64,000 nt of DNA, from sequence record NZ_CP019224.1; one strand, given 5' to 3'. This document shows positions 25,867 to 35,977 of the stretch, piece by piece. Numbering within the stretch: the stretch's first letter is position 1; every line of letters begins with the position of its first letter. This DNA comes from a plasmid. A program made the translations under genes and the position numbers. Below the pieces are notes generated by a model. The model was not told where the DNA came from. It saw nothing but the letters and a program-made list of their open reading frames with translations, and did no database searches.

Positions 25867-27246
25867 TTAGCGCCACAGGTCGTGTCGAGTCGCGTCCGGG
25901 GTGGGAGTGCCGGTGCGGCGGGCGCGGTCGATGAGCGCTTCGATGCGTGCCTGTTCGGCGGCAGCCTCAGCGGTTCGACGCTGCGCGGTGCGCTGTCGGG
26001 CGGCCGCCAGGGCGGCGAACACGTCAGCGTGGCCGGGACCAGACTGGGCGGCCTGGCCGGCGGCCCGGCCGGCCAGATGTGCGCGGTGCTCGGCCGCACT
26101 GTGGGCGCGGCGCCGTTCTTCGGCGGCGCGGGCTTGAGCTTCGCGGGCCTCGTCGAGAGCGGCCGGGCGTTCGGTCAGGTTGTCGGTGCCGTGCCAGGCC
26201 AGGATCGCCCCCAGCAGCCCTATCGGTCGTGTGGGGCTGTCGGGGATGCGCCGGCCGACGCCGAGCCAGTCGGTGATGAGCTGGTTGAGGTCACGTGGGG
26301 TCCAGCCGGCGGCCGCCGGCGCGGCGAGCATGGCCGCCCAGCTGGTCGGGGTGAAGCGGCGTGCCCACGGTGGGGCGTGCGAATCGGCTCGCCAGTCCGC
26401 CGCCAGCCGCCAGCCTGCCGCGTCTGGAGCTGGGCGGCGCGTAGCGACGCCGTGCCGGGCGCCCTTGTGGCGCCCGTGGGTAGTAACCAGTCGTTCTGAA
26501 GGTGAGGTGTGGGTGGTTACTGGGGACCGTTCCAGGTGGGGTGACACGGTGTGGATAACCCGGTTGACCTGGGCGTCGTCGTGCAGCGCCCACACCGAGG
26601 CCCAGCCGCGGTGGCGATCGCCCATCCGCCAGGACGCCATACGTTCGATGTAGGTGCGTTGGCGGCCGCGCAGGACCTCGGTGGCCACCCCAAGCAGGCG
26701 CAGGCATTCGCGGGCCCGCTGGACGGTGCGCTCGGTAAACCCGGTCGCGCGCTGCAACTGTTCGTTGGTCGGCCGGGCGTTGCGGCCGGTGTCGGCGTCG
26801 GCAGTGCGGGCGAAGGCGGCCGCGATCGCGACCAGGGTGCGTTTGGCGATGCCCCCTGAGGTCATCTGCGACCGGATCTCGGTGTAGCGCAGGTCGTAGG
26901 CCGCGGCCACGGTGACGTGCGCCCAGTAGGCGCCCCCACCGGACCAGCACGGCACGCCTGCGTAGGTGTCCTCGGCGAGCTCGAGGTTGACGAACACGCT
27001 CGCCGGCGGGGGATCGCCACCGTGCAGTCGGCGGCCGCGGCGGATCTGCAGCACCTCGGCTACCGGGGTTGTGCGCACGACACCGCGCCGCGGGCGAACA
27101 GCGCTACAACCGCGATACGTTCGGGGCCGCGTAGCAAACGGCCGACTAGGAGCTCGGCCGCGAGAAATGTCACGGTTTACACACCGTTCGCGCGGCGGAT
27201 CTGGAACCGCGGCAAGGTATGCGCTACCGTGAGACGAGCTGTCCAA
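25867..27246 (-). CDS. HTH-domain protein, possible replication initiator or relaxosome protein (true start probably internal)
   Basis: Winged-HTH-like segment PTNEQLQRATGFTERTVQRARECLRLLGV. The N-terminal 100 aa of the ORF are Arg/Pro-rich and probably not translated. Confidence 0.35.
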   Translation of the reverse strand: MDSSSHGSAYLAAVPDPPRERCVNRDISRGRAPSRPFATRPRTYRGCSAVRPRRGVVRTTPVAEVLQIRRGRRLHGGDPPPASVFVNLELAEDTYAGVPCWSGGGAYWAHVTVAAAYDLRYTEIRSQMTSGGIAKRTLVAIAAAFARTADADTGRNARPTNEQLQRATGFTERTVQRARECLRLLGVATEVLRGRQRTYIERMASWRMGDRHRGWASVWALHDDAQVNRVIHTVSPHLERSPVTTHTSPSERLVTTHGRHKGARHGVATRRPAPDAAGWRLAADWRADSHAPPWARRFTPTSWAAMLAAPAAAGWTPRDLNQLITDWLGVGRRIPDSPTRPIGLLGAILAWHGTDNLTERPAALDEAREAQARAAEERRRAHSAAEHRAHLAGRAAGQAAQSGPGHADVFAALAAARQRTAQRRTAEAAAEQARIEALIDRARRTGTPTPDATRHDLWR

Positions 27247-27439
27247 GCTACGTCCCTTTCAGGGGCAACGGGTGCGGACCCGGAACTGAGCTGCCAACTC
27301 GGTTTGAACCCTCTAGACAGAGGCCCCGTTAACGCGGGGCCTTCGTCATGTCAGCGGGTAGAGCCGCACCGCCTATTGAGATGTCATATCTGCCCGGCAA
27401 GAGTCAGCCAAGACGAAAGGGAGGCCGGGCTAGGGGGTT

Positions 27440-27856
27440 TCACATGGCCAGCGGCAAGCCCTCCTCAACGCAGGTGGGGGTTCGGGCATACTCGGGCAAC
27501 CCGACGTGGACCGCGAGGACGTCCGCGATATAGGGGGCCACTTGGCCGCGGTGCGAACCCGACTGGGCCGCCTGTCGAGCAAGCCGTTCAGAAACCTCGC
27601 GATGCGGCCGCGTCATGATCCTGTTGTCCCGCGAGTCACCCCGCAGGCCGTCCAACTTCCGGGTCGCCGCGATCGGCAGCTGATTGAACTCGCGAACATG
27701 CTCAGGTAGGCCGACATAGAGAGCCAGAACGTCAGCGATGTACTGAGACATCGACGACGAACCCGCCTCTTCTGCCATGGCGATGAGACGTTGCGTAACG
27801 GCTGGATGGTTTTTCACCATGTGCGCGCCGCGATCACCTTTGCTTGGAGGAGCCAT
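27440..27856 (-). CDS. small protein with an internal tandem duplication (YIADVLAxxVGLPE x2), possible RHH-type regulator
   Basis: QYIADVLALYVGLPEHVREF and PYIADVLAVHVGLPEYART. Confidence 0.4.
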   Translation of the reverse strand: MAPPSKGDRGAHMVKNHPAVTQRLIAMAEEAGSSSMSQYIADVLALYVGLPEHVREFNQLPIAATRKLDGLRGDSRDNRIMTRPHREVSERLARQAAQSGSHRGQVAPYIADVLAVHVGLPEYARTPTCVEEGLPLAM

Positions 27857-28016
27857 AGAAGTTCACCTTGCCAGGGGGTTCGGTTGCAGCAACCGTGACA
27901 CGCCGAAGGATCGACGATTTGTCAATAAGGTCTGGAGCAGGGAGTATCGGGAATTCCCGATTAGCAATGAATCAGCGAGAATTCGGGTGCGGGGGTCCGC
28001 GCCGTCGAACGCACGC

Positions 28017-29879
28017 TCACGCCGCATTGACCTGTCGGCCGGGGGCGTCGCTGTTCCAGACCCAACCGGGCAGCGCTTGCAGGCGTGCGGTTCGGCGCGG
28101 GTCCAGCGCGCCTTGCCGGTAGGTGTAGCGCTGCGTGTTGACCCATTGACCCAGCCGGAACCTGTCGGCGCTGATGTGGCCGTGCGGGACACGGGCGTGG
28201 CCGTGCTCGTCGACGAACTGGGTCAAGGCGGTGAAGCCACGTTCCCAGCGCTGCTCGCCGCTGGCGCCCCATACCCAACCCGGCAAGGCTTCCAGCCGTG
28301 CCGCACGGTCGGCGTCCAGCGCGCCTTGCCGATGGGTGTGGCGCTGTGCGTTGACCCATTGGCCTAGGCGAATGCCGTCACCGGTGATGTGTGCTGACGG
28401 GACGCGAGCGTGGCCGTGCTCGTCGACGAACTGGGTCAATGCGCGGAACCTGCCGTCCCAGCCGCAGTAAACGCCTGGGGTGCGGTCGCGCCGGCGCCAT
28501 ACCCAGCCTGGTAAGGCTTCCAGTCGTGCGGCGCGGCCGTCGTCGAGCTCGCCGCGGTGGTGCTTGCGGCGTTGGGCGGACACCCAGTCACCGAGGTGGA
28601 AGCTGTCGCTGCAGGTATGCCGTGACTCAACGTTGGCGTGGCCGTGCTCGTCGACGAACTGGGTGAGGGCGGTGAAGCCGCGTTCCCACTGCTCGTCGAG
28701 CCTGTCGCTCCAGGTCCAGCCGGGCGTGGCTTCTAGCCGTGCGACACGCTCGGCATTGACGCGGCCTTGGCGGTACTTGCGGCGCTGGTCACGCGCCCAC
28801 TGGCCAAGTTTGATCCCGTCGCTGGTGATGTAGTCGTTGGGGAAGCGGGCGTGACCGTGCTCGGCCACATACGCCCCTAACGTGGCGTAGAGCCGTTCCC
28901 ACAGGTCCTCGCGGCTTTCTCGCCATACCCAGCCCGGCAATGCTGCTAGCCGCGCGGCGCGAGCGGGGTTGAGCCGGTTGTCCTGATGGGAAGCGCGTTG
29001 GTTATCCACCCAGTCGCCGAGGCGAAAGTTGTCGGTGGTGATGTGAAGTCGAGCCACGTTGGCGTGGCCGTGTTCGGCAACGTACTGGGTGAGCGCGGTG
29101 AAGCCGTGTTCCCAGCGCTGCTCGAGCCACTGCTCGTGGCCCGCGTTCCCGTTCCAGGCCCAGCCCGGCAACGTTTCTAGACGTGCCGCGCGTGCGGGGT
29201 CGAGGCGGTTTTTGCGCTGGTCTCGCCGCTGGTCTGTTACCCATGCGCCGAGGCGGTGACCGTCATCGGTGATGTGGGAGCCCGGGACGCGGGCGTGGCC
29301 ATGTTGGGCGACGAACTGGGTCAGCGCGGCAAAGCCGCGTTCCCAGCGGTCTGCGCGGCTGTCGCGCCATACCCAGCCGGGCAACGTTTCTAGACGTGCC
29401 GCGCGTGCGGGGTCAAGGGTGTTTTGTTGGTGGCGGGAACGTTGGTTGCCCACCCATGTTCCGAGCGGGGTGCCGTCTCGAGAGACATGGTTTTGCGGGA
29501 CGCGCGCATGCCCGTGCTGAGCGACGAACTGGGTCAGCGCGGCGAACATGGCATCCCAATAGGCCTGGTGGGGTGTAGCCCAGCGCGGGCCGAGCAACGC
29601 GGCAAGCTGCGCTGCCCGCTCATCATCAAGTAGGTTGGTGCGGTGGGCTTTTCGCTGCTCATTAAGCCAGCGGCCCGGGAAGCGACCGTTTTCAGTTCGG
29701 TAGTCCTCGGGTATGCGGGCGTGGCCATGCTCGGCGATGAACGCGGTCAGTTCGTCCAGCATGTCAGCCCAGCGAGTCGGTGTGCGATGCTGCGGCCCAG
29801 CGTGCTGCGGTTCGGGGTGATCGCCGGCGGCCGGCGATGCGGGAGTTTGTGGTACCAAATCCTGTGTGGCCGTGGTCAT
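28017..29879 (-). CDS. helicase-associated (HA) domain repeat protein, about 9 tandem HA repeats, no helicase core
   Basis: Repeated about 66-aa units AEHGHARIPEDYRTENGRFPGRWLNEQRKAHRTNLLDDERAAQLAAL.... Start taken at MTTATQDL. Confidence 0.65.
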   Translation of the reverse strand: MTTATQDLVPQTPASPAAGDHPEPQHAGPQHRTPTRWADMLDELTAFIAEHGHARIPEDYRTENGRFPGRWLNEQRKAHRTNLLDDERAAQLAALLGPRWATPHQAYWDAMFAALTQFVAQHGHARVPQNHVSRDGTPLGTWVGNQRSRHQQNTLDPARAARLETLPGWVWRDSRADRWERGFAALTQFVAQHGHARVPGSHITDDGHRLGAWVTDQRRDQRKNRLDPARAARLETLPGWAWNGNAGHEQWLEQRWEHGFTALTQYVAEHGHANVARLHITTDNFRLGDWVDNQRASHQDNRLNPARAARLAALPGWVWRESREDLWERLYATLGAYVAEHGHARFPNDYITSDGIKLGQWARDQRRKYRQGRVNAERVARLEATPGWTWSDRLDEQWERGFTALTQFVDEHGHANVESRHTCSDSFHLGDWVSAQRRKHHRGELDDGRAARLEALPGWVWRRRDRTPGVYCGWDGRFRALTQFVDEHGHARVPSAHITGDGIRLGQWVNAQRHTHRQGALDADRAARLEALPGWVWGASGEQRWERGFTALTQFVDEHGHARVPHGHISADRFRLGQWVNTQRYTYRQGALDPRRTARLQALPGWVWNSDAPGRQVNAA

Positions 29880-30255
29880 TTGGTGTCCTTTCTGCGTCGG
29901 GTGATCCGTGATGTTTGTGCACATGTGTGAATCACAGGCTGGGAGAATGGGAGTCGCCCCTATTTAGGTGCGGGACGGCCCTGGGTGGGTGAATGGTGTT
30001 CGCCAGCTTGGACTCGTGGTCGTAGACAGCTCGGAATCAGGCCGGTGAAAGCGCCAGTGCGCGCGCCGTGGCGGTGGTGCGTGACGTTGTTGGCGGCCGA
30101 TGCTGGCACCGCAGGGCCGGCTGGCCGGCGCGGTTCGCGGCTGAGGTGGTCAAGCAGGCTCGCCTCGTCAATCGCCGAGGTGAACACTTCGTGGATGGTC
30201 ATCATGAAAGTCCTTGTGTATGTTGGGGATAAGGGTCCGGTCACCGGCCTCGGGC

Positions 30256-30540
30256 TTAGCTGCCCACGGCCGCAGGATGCGTGTAGAGGTGGGCGATGAG
30301 TTCAACCCACCGACACGCGTCCTCGCGGCGCGCAGCCAGTACATGCGGGGGTGGGATCTGGGGGGCCGGACAGCCGGCGCTGGCGACCGTCGCGGCCAGA
30401 TACAGCCGCCAGTAAAGGTGGCCGGCGGGCCGAAATGCCCCGCAGATCACCGACGTATCGTCATCGAAGACCGTGATGCGTTCCGTGCCGTTGTCGTCGA
30501 CGCTAGCGATGACGGGATGCTCTGCAACCGCTGAGCTCAT
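30256..30540 (-). CDS. hypothetical protein (94 aa)
   Basis: ORF co-oriented with its neighbours. No motif. Confidence 0.3.
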
Positions 30541-31085
30541 GGGAACCTCCGTGGTCTAGGAGTGCTGTGTCCACCAGATTGGCTGCGCAACGTTGACCCG
30601 AGCCGTGGTACCAACCGCCGATGTTGTCGTCGAAGTGTCTTGGGGTTCGCGCCCGGGCGATGTGATGAATCCCAAGGTGCACGTTCGCCGCACGTCCAAG
30701 GAACGCGGCCTTTTGGAGGACACTGTTCTGGATGTGGTCGCCGTCGCCGACCAGCACGAGCAGCGGTCGGAAATCAGAGCACGGCAGGCCGATACCGCGC
30801 TGCAGTCGTTGCTCCACGGTGGCGAGGACCGCGTGTATCGCACGCGAATCGCGTGGTCCAACAACAGCTGCCCCGAGGCCGAAGACCTTAGCGCGCGCGG
30901 TCTGCGTGATCGGACCGTTGGACGTGCTCTCGATCATGAGACAGTCCCACGCCTCACCGCGAACCTCGGCAACGATCGCCTCGACCCCGCCTGCGTACCA
31001 CCCTTCTATCCATGTGTGCGTCAGGCCAGCCGCGTGGGCCGTATGCGGCTGCCAGTCACCGCCTTTGAATGCCTCAGTCAACATG
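30503..31085 (-). CDS. hypothetical protein (about 194 aa)
   Basis: Start [14 protein letters not shown].... Preferred over the overlapping Arg-rich plus-strand ORF 30593-31213 because of its composition and co-orientation with neighbours. Confidence 0.35.
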
Positions 31086-31148
31086 CTTTCCACACCCCTC
31101 CTGATTCGTTCGACACCACGGCGCAACCGATTTCACGTGACGGCACAT

Positions 31149-31586
31149 CTAGGCGGCGCCGACCTGAAAGACCAGGGGATCGTCGTCGGCGTCGGTTTCC
31201 TCGTCGTCAATGAGCTCTGGTAGCGGCGCGACTCGAATATCGCCGAGCTCGGTGCGCCGGCGCTGTTCAAACTGGGCGGCCAGCCGGGCGTAGACGGGTT
31301 TGAGGGCCTTGGGCTGGGCGCCGGGCAGGATCACTCCGCCCCAGATTCCATGGGTGGCGCCGGTGGCCACGGCGTTGTAGCCGCAGCGGCCCCGAAAAGG
31401 GCAGTCGTTGCACCGCTTGATGGCGCGGTGCTTGGTGCGGGGGTTGAAGAACAACTCGGGGTCTTCTTGGCAGGCCAAATGCTGGGTGGTCTGGAAGAGA
31501 CGCACGTCGGCGCGCATCTGGAAGGACGCGAAGGGTCTGGCGCCAGCGGGGGGGTTATCGACCGAAGGGGTTAGGGCGGTGGTCAT
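31149..31586 (-). CDS. WhiB-family transcription factor (Fe-S)
   Basis: Four Cys in C-x(n)-C-x2-C-x5-C, then the GIWGG motif: LACQED...RCNDCPFRGRCGYNA...HGIWGGV. Confidence 0.75.
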   Translation of the reverse strand: MTTALTPSVDNPPAGARPFASFQMRADVRLFQTTQHLACQEDPELFFNPRTKHRAIKRCNDCPFRGRCGYNAVATGATHGIWGGVILPGAQPKALKPVYARLAAQFEQRRRTELGDIRVAPLPELIDDEETDADDDPLVFQVGAA

Positions 31587-31662
31587 GGGAGGCGTCCTTT
31601 CTGTAGGTCGTCGGTTCTTCAGCGGCTCGATCGCCCGTGAATTACCCGTAATCTAACAGAAT

Positions 31663-31875
31663 TTCTGACGCTTTTGACGGTTCTGACGGTTGTAACCGTC
31701 AGAACCGGGGGTGTCGGCGCATCGACGCAGAGATGGCAGGCGGACGCCGTGCGCACTGTTGCCGCATGTCATGCGCTGTTTCAGTGGTCGAGGTCCGCCC
31801 GGAAGGGCCCGTCAGATAATCAGCCACAAATTTGACGGTCTTGACGGCTAAGACAGGTGGATTTGACGGTTCGTC
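31663..31875. promoter_or_regulatory. array of TTGACGG/CTGACGG repeats (at least 6 copies, one as a palindrome CTGACGGTT-G-TAACCGTCAG) in the divergent whiB / XRE intergenic region
   Basis: Seen directly: tctgacgcttttgacggttctgacggttgtaaccgtcagaacc ... tttgacggtcttgacggctaagacagg ... atttgacggttcg. Confidence 0.6.
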
Positions 31876-31892
31876 GGGCAAGATAGCGAGTT

Positions 31893-32399
31893 ATGACCTC
31901 AGATCGGCTCGGCGTTGCGGTGCGGCTTCGCCGCAAGCAGCTGAAGCTGACCCAATCTGAGGTCGCCGAGCGGGGAGGGCTGTCGGAGTCAACCGTTCGC
32001 GGGGTGGAAAACAACCGGTTATCCCAACCACACGCCAGCACACAGCGTGCATTAGAGCGAGGCCTTGCGTGGCTGCCCGGCAGCGTCGAGGCAATCCTGA
32101 AAGGCGGCGCCCCTCGCATCCAGGAGACGGGCGCGCCGGCCGCCCCCGCGGACAGGGATACCGCTACGGCCGCCGGGGACCGCTTGGCCCTTGCTCAGCG
32201 CCTGATCAAGATGCGTCAGGCGTTCCTCGAGCACCGCGACACCATGCCCGAAGCCGCCCGCGCCCGGATGGACGAAGAGTTCAGCGCCGCGTCTCGTGAA
32301 ACTGAAGAGGCGTTGATCTGGATGTTGGCATGGCTACGGGAGGATGAGCGCGACGAAGCGATCCGAATTTTGGCTCAGCTCCGAGAGTTCCGGCCGTAA
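31893..32399 (+). CDS. XRE-family (Cro/C1-type) HTH transcriptional regulator
   Basis: LRRKQLKLTQSEVAERGGLSESTVRGVENNR. Confidence 0.7.
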   Translation: MTSDRLGVAVRLRRKQLKLTQSEVAERGGLSESTVRGVENNRLSQPHASTQRALERGLAWLPGSVEAILKGGAPRIQETGAPAAPADRDTATAAGDRLALAQRLIKMRQAFLEHRDTMPEAARARMDEEFSAASRETEEALIWMLAWLREDERDEAIRILAQLREFRP

Positions 32400-32504
32400 G
32401 CCGCCGCCGCGCTGATCATCTGGGCGGCCACCAGCATGCCGGTCATCCGCGACTATCAGGCACAACCCGTCCAGTCGAATACCAATTATTGGTATGATCG
32501 GCGG

Positions 32505-32756
32505 GTGGGTAAAAACACGTCCTTCAGTCTCGATGAGCATTACAGCGCCTTCATTGAGGCTGAGGTGGCTGCGGGACGTTACCGGTCGGCCAGTGATGTC
32601 GTGCGCTCCGCGTTGCGGTTACTCGAGGACCGTGAAATTCAGCTTCGGGCACTGCGCGAGGCGCTAGTGGCCGGTGAGCGCAGCGGCACTTCAACACCGT
32701 TTGACTTCGACGCCTTCCTCGACGGCAAACGCGCCGAAAAGCCGCAAGGCCGGTGA
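32505..32756 (+). CDS. parD: ParD-family antitoxin (RHH)
   Basis: VGKNTSFSLDEHYSAFIEAEVAAGRYRSASDVVRSALRLLEDRE. GTG start chosen by homology to the ParD N-terminus. Confidence 0.7.
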   Translation: MGKNTSFSLDEHYSAFIEAEVAAGRYRSASDVVRSALRLLEDREIQLRALREALVAGERSGTSTPFDFDAFLDGKRAEKPQGR

Positions 32757-33046
32757 GCGCATACGTCCTTTCACCCGCTGCGCAAGCAGATTTGGAACAG
32801 ATCTGGGACTACACGCACGAGCACTGGGGCCTGGATCAGGCTGAGCAGTACCTGCGAGAACTTCAACGCGCTATCGAGCGCGCAGCGGCGAACCCCCGGA
32901 TCGGGCGGGCCTGCGACGAGATCCGCCCGGGCTATCGCAAGCTGGCAGCCGGGTCGCACATGCTGTTTTATCGGGTGACAACCCAAGGCTTCCTCGATGT
33001 CGTGCGTGTCCTGCACCAACGCATGGACGTCGACCGCCACCTTTGA
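32753..33046 (+). CDS. parE: ParE/RelE-family toxin
   Basis: Overlaps the parD stop by 4 nt. Sequence LSPAAQADLEQIWDYTHEHWGLDQAEQYL...YRVTTQGFLDVVRVLHQRMD. Confidence 0.8.
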   Translation: MSAYVLSPAAQADLEQIWDYTHEHWGLDQAEQYLRELQRAIERAAANPRIGRACDEIRPGYRKLAAGSHMLFYRVTTQGFLDVVRVLHQRMDVDRHL

Positions 33047-33263
33047 CCTCAGAGAGCCCCGGTCTGATCTTTACGGGAGATGCGACCGGGGCCTCCGGGG
33101 GAGGCCCGCACAGACAGGCATCCGGCCTGTGTGTACGACCACCAACAAGGGTAGAACAGCCATCCTGGCGGCCGCGCCGCAGACACGGACACATTCGATT
33201 CGTGACAACCGGGGTGTCCGCTGATTCGGGGCCGGTGTCATATGCGAAAGCTATCCTGCGGCC

Positions 33264-33971
33264 ATGTTCGATATCCCGATGCCAGGAATGCCGCCACCGC
33301 AGCGGCATAACCTTCCGGTGAGCCGGGCCACGTCGACGCCGGCGCGCGCCCACGACAGCCCTGCTGGCGGGTCCAACCATGCGCGCCAACCCCAGACGGC
33401 ATGGCAGCCGCGCACCGCTGCCGAGCAGTGGTGGCACTACAGCCGCGGTTGCGCGGCAGCGCTGCGGGCCGGGCGCGCGCCAACTCCGGTCCAGGTGTAC
33501 GGGCCGGTTCTGGAACCGGGAGAACAGGCGTTGCTGAGCGCCGAGATCGACTACAGCCGCTTTTGTGGCGGCGACGGCCGATACTCACCGCTGCCGCTGA
33601 TGGTCGCGGGCCGCCCAGCGGTCATGTTCGGCGCGTTGGCTGTTCAAGGGGTGGTGAATCATCGGCGTAAGGTGGCCGCGGCCCAGCGCGCCGCGGCTCA
33701 GTGGCGGTTTCACCAAACCTGCCCGGTCATTGTGACGACCGACCGCCTGATCTGCACCACCGCGGCGCACGGCATGGTCAGTTTCTGGTTCGGAGCGTGC
33801 ACGGAGTTCTACCCGGATTTGCAGCAGTGGACGTTGACGTTGGGCTTTGACTCGACTTACCCGGTGCGGTTCAGCGGCGCGGCGGCCCCGGCGCTGAGCC
33901 TGTGGAGCGCCTACGGCGTCTTGGGCGATGGCTGGGTCGGCGATCCGCGCTTGGCGCTTCTGGTCAGTTGA
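33264..33971 (+). CDS. hypothetical protein (235 aa)
   Basis: Intact ORF. No motif. Confidence 0.4.
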   Translation: MFDIPMPGMPPPQRHNLPVSRATSTPARAHDSPAGGSNHARQPQTAWQPRTAAEQWWHYSRGCAAALRAGRAPTPVQVYGPVLEPGEQALLSAEIDYSRFCGGDGRYSPLPLMVAGRPAVMFGALAVQGVVNHRRKVAAAQRAAAQWRFHQTCPVIVTTDRLICTTAAHGMVSFWFGACTEFYPDLQQWTLTLGFDSTYPVRFSGAAAPALSLWSAYGVLGDGWVGDPRLALLVS

Positions 33972-33978
33972 TTAAGGG

Positions 33979-34683
33979 GTGGTGATGCCGAAATCTAAAG
34001 GGCGCAAAAAGAAGTCGTCGACTCGCCGACCAGTGAACGCTTTTGGCAGCACCTATTGGGACCGGCTGCTTACGAAATGGGCGCAGTCCCGCCTCGTCGG
34101 CACTGCTGAGGAAGTCGCCTTGGGCGGCGCGTTGGTGCTCTGGGCGGGCGGCGGTAACCCTGCTCGCTCGTGGGCCGGAATGCGGCAATGCTGGCCAGCC
34201 TGCTACTTCATCGGCGAGGCGTTATCGGCGCTGGGTGGCTTCAAGCCCGTCATCGTGCCCGTTTCAGTCGAAGTCAGGAAAAACGGCGCGGTCGTGGAAA
34301 CAATCGGTTCACCCACACCAGAACACCGCGGACAGTACTGGACCGGTCATGTCGCACTTCACATTCCAGAAATGGCGGCTATTTTGGACCCGACAATCGG
34401 GCAAGGCAGATTCGCAACGTCGGACCACCTGCGGGTCCCGGTGCTCATCCAAGATCCGCAGTTAACGAATCAACTGCCGCCCTCGGCACAATTTCAGGTG
34501 AACCGGGACCCGCAAACAACGCTGATCTACACCACGACCGCCGGAGCAGGCGAGCCGTTCGAAACGCACCCGGCCTATCCCCAACAGCGTGCGTCCGTGG
34601 ACGCAGCGGTCGCACGAGTACACGGGACGGTGGAAGCTGCGGTCGAGGAATGGCGAGCGATACAAGCCGGCGCCGGCCGATGA
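33979..34683 (+). CDS. hypothetical protein (234 aa), paralogue of 35978-36658
   Basis: Shares W(S/T)GHxxxHxP(E/D)xxAxxDPTIxQ and a Cys-rich N-terminal segment with 35978-36658. Confidence 0.45.
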   Translation: MVMPKSKGRKKKSSTRRPVNAFGSTYWDRLLTKWAQSRLVGTAEEVALGGALVLWAGGGNPARSWAGMRQCWPACYFIGEALSALGGFKPVIVPVSVEVRKNGAVVETIGSPTPEHRGQYWTGHVALHIPEMAAILDPTIGQGRFATSDHLRVPVLIQDPQLTNQLPPSAQFQVNRDPQTTLIYTTTAGAGEPFETHPAYPQQRASVDAAVARVHGTVEAAVEEWRAIQAGAGR

Positions 34684-34797
34684 AGCTCATTGAAATACTG
34701 CGTCTTCAACCGCTGCTCCGTCGTCACTAACCCGGGGTAGATGCGCTCTACGCAGAACCTGGCTCACTTCCGTGCGTGATGCGCGTATGTTGGCGAT

Positions 34798-35877
34798 ATG
34801 GAGCTGTGGACCGTCGACCAAGCAGCGCGGCACTGGAGCGTGACCCCTGGGCGGGCGCGCAGCATCTTGTCCAACCGCGGCATCCACCGCATTACTGGAT
34901 ATCCCGCTGCAGATGTTCGCGCAGTGCGCCGCCGCCAGGGCGCGCGCACGGACCTGGCAGCACCTACCCAGGCTCTTACCCTGTCGGACGCTGCCCAGGG
35001 AATCCGGGACGTCGCGGACGACCGCACCCGGCTGCGGATCTTCTTCGAATTCACCCGCGGCGCCGACGAATCGGGGCCAGCCGCCCTGTCTTTGATCAAC
35101 GACGACCCGCCTTTGACCGGCGACCCGCGCCATGACGCGTTACTGGCGGCGATCGCCGAACACCTCGCCGGCAGTTACGGGCTGCCGGGACCGCTGTGGA
35201 GCATCACAACTGAGCGCTTCCTGAACACCCCGTGGTGGATTTCCCCTCTGCCGTCTGCGCGCACCCGCGCGATGTTGTGGACCCCGGCCTCATTTCGTCG
35301 CCGCGGGATCTACCTGGACCGTTACGACCTCACCCACGATGGAGCGAGCAAAATGCCTGAGCCTCTATTCGATCAGACCGAGCTGCGGCGCGCCTTCATC
35401 TCCTTGGCGCAGAAGCTGGAACGTCGCCGTATTGTCGGGCATGTCCACGTGGTCGGCGGCGCCGCGATGATCTTGGCCTACGACGAAACCCGCACCGCAA
35501 CACGCGATATCGACGCTCTGTTTTCTCCTGACGGACCCATGCTCGCTGCGATCCGCGAAGTCGCTGCCGAACAGCGATGGCCCTCTAGCTGGCTGAACAA
35601 TCAGGCCGCAAGCTACGTCTCGCGAACTCCCGGGCAGGGGAGCGTCGTCTTCGACCATCCCTACCTGCAAGTCGCCGCGACACCACCGCAGCATCTGTTG
35701 GCGATGAAAGTCCTGGCCGCTCGGGCCGTCAGGGACGGCGATGACGTGCAATTCCTGCTCGGCCACCTCGATATCACGTCTCGCGCCGAGGTCTGGGCGA
35801 TCGTCGAACGGTACTTCCCAAATACAGAGATACCAACGCGCTCAAAAGAACTCATCAACGATCTCCTCCAACATTGA
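34798..35877 (+). CDS. nucleotidyltransferase (AbiEii/DUF1814-like) with N-terminal HTH (excisionase/MerR-like)
   Basis: MELWTVDQAARHWSVTPGRARSIL as the HTH. IVGHVHVVGGAAMILAYDETRTATRDIDALF matches the GGxAxxxxY...R..DID NTase motif. Confidence 0.45.
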   Translation: MELWTVDQAARHWSVTPGRARSILSNRGIHRITGYPAADVRAVRRRQGARTDLAAPTQALTLSDAAQGIRDVADDRTRLRIFFEFTRGADESGPAALSLINDDPPLTGDPRHDALLAAIAEHLAGSYGLPGPLWSITTERFLNTPWWISPLPSARTRAMLWTPASFRRRGIYLDRYDLTHDGASKMPEPLFDQTELRRAFISLAQKLERRRIVGHVHVVGGAAMILAYDETRTATRDIDALFSPDGPMLAAIREVAAEQRWPSSWLNNQAASYVSRTPGQGSVVFDHPYLQVAATPPQHLLAMKVLAARAVRDGDDVQFLLGHLDITSRAEVWAIVERYFPNTEIPTRSKELINDLLQH

Positions 35878-35977
35878 ACACTGGTGAGCAGCGATCCCAC
35901 CACGTGTCACAACATGGCTCTAAGGTCTCTGGGATAGCGACCGTGCGGTCTCGCGGCAGGCGCGAGCGGAGAACGAG

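Noticed and set aside
30593-31223. Plus-strand ORFs 30593-31213 and 30732-31223
   Set aside because: Arg-rich and low-complexity. The antisense frame 30503-31085 is more protein-like and co-oriented with the neighbouring whiB-like and small genes.
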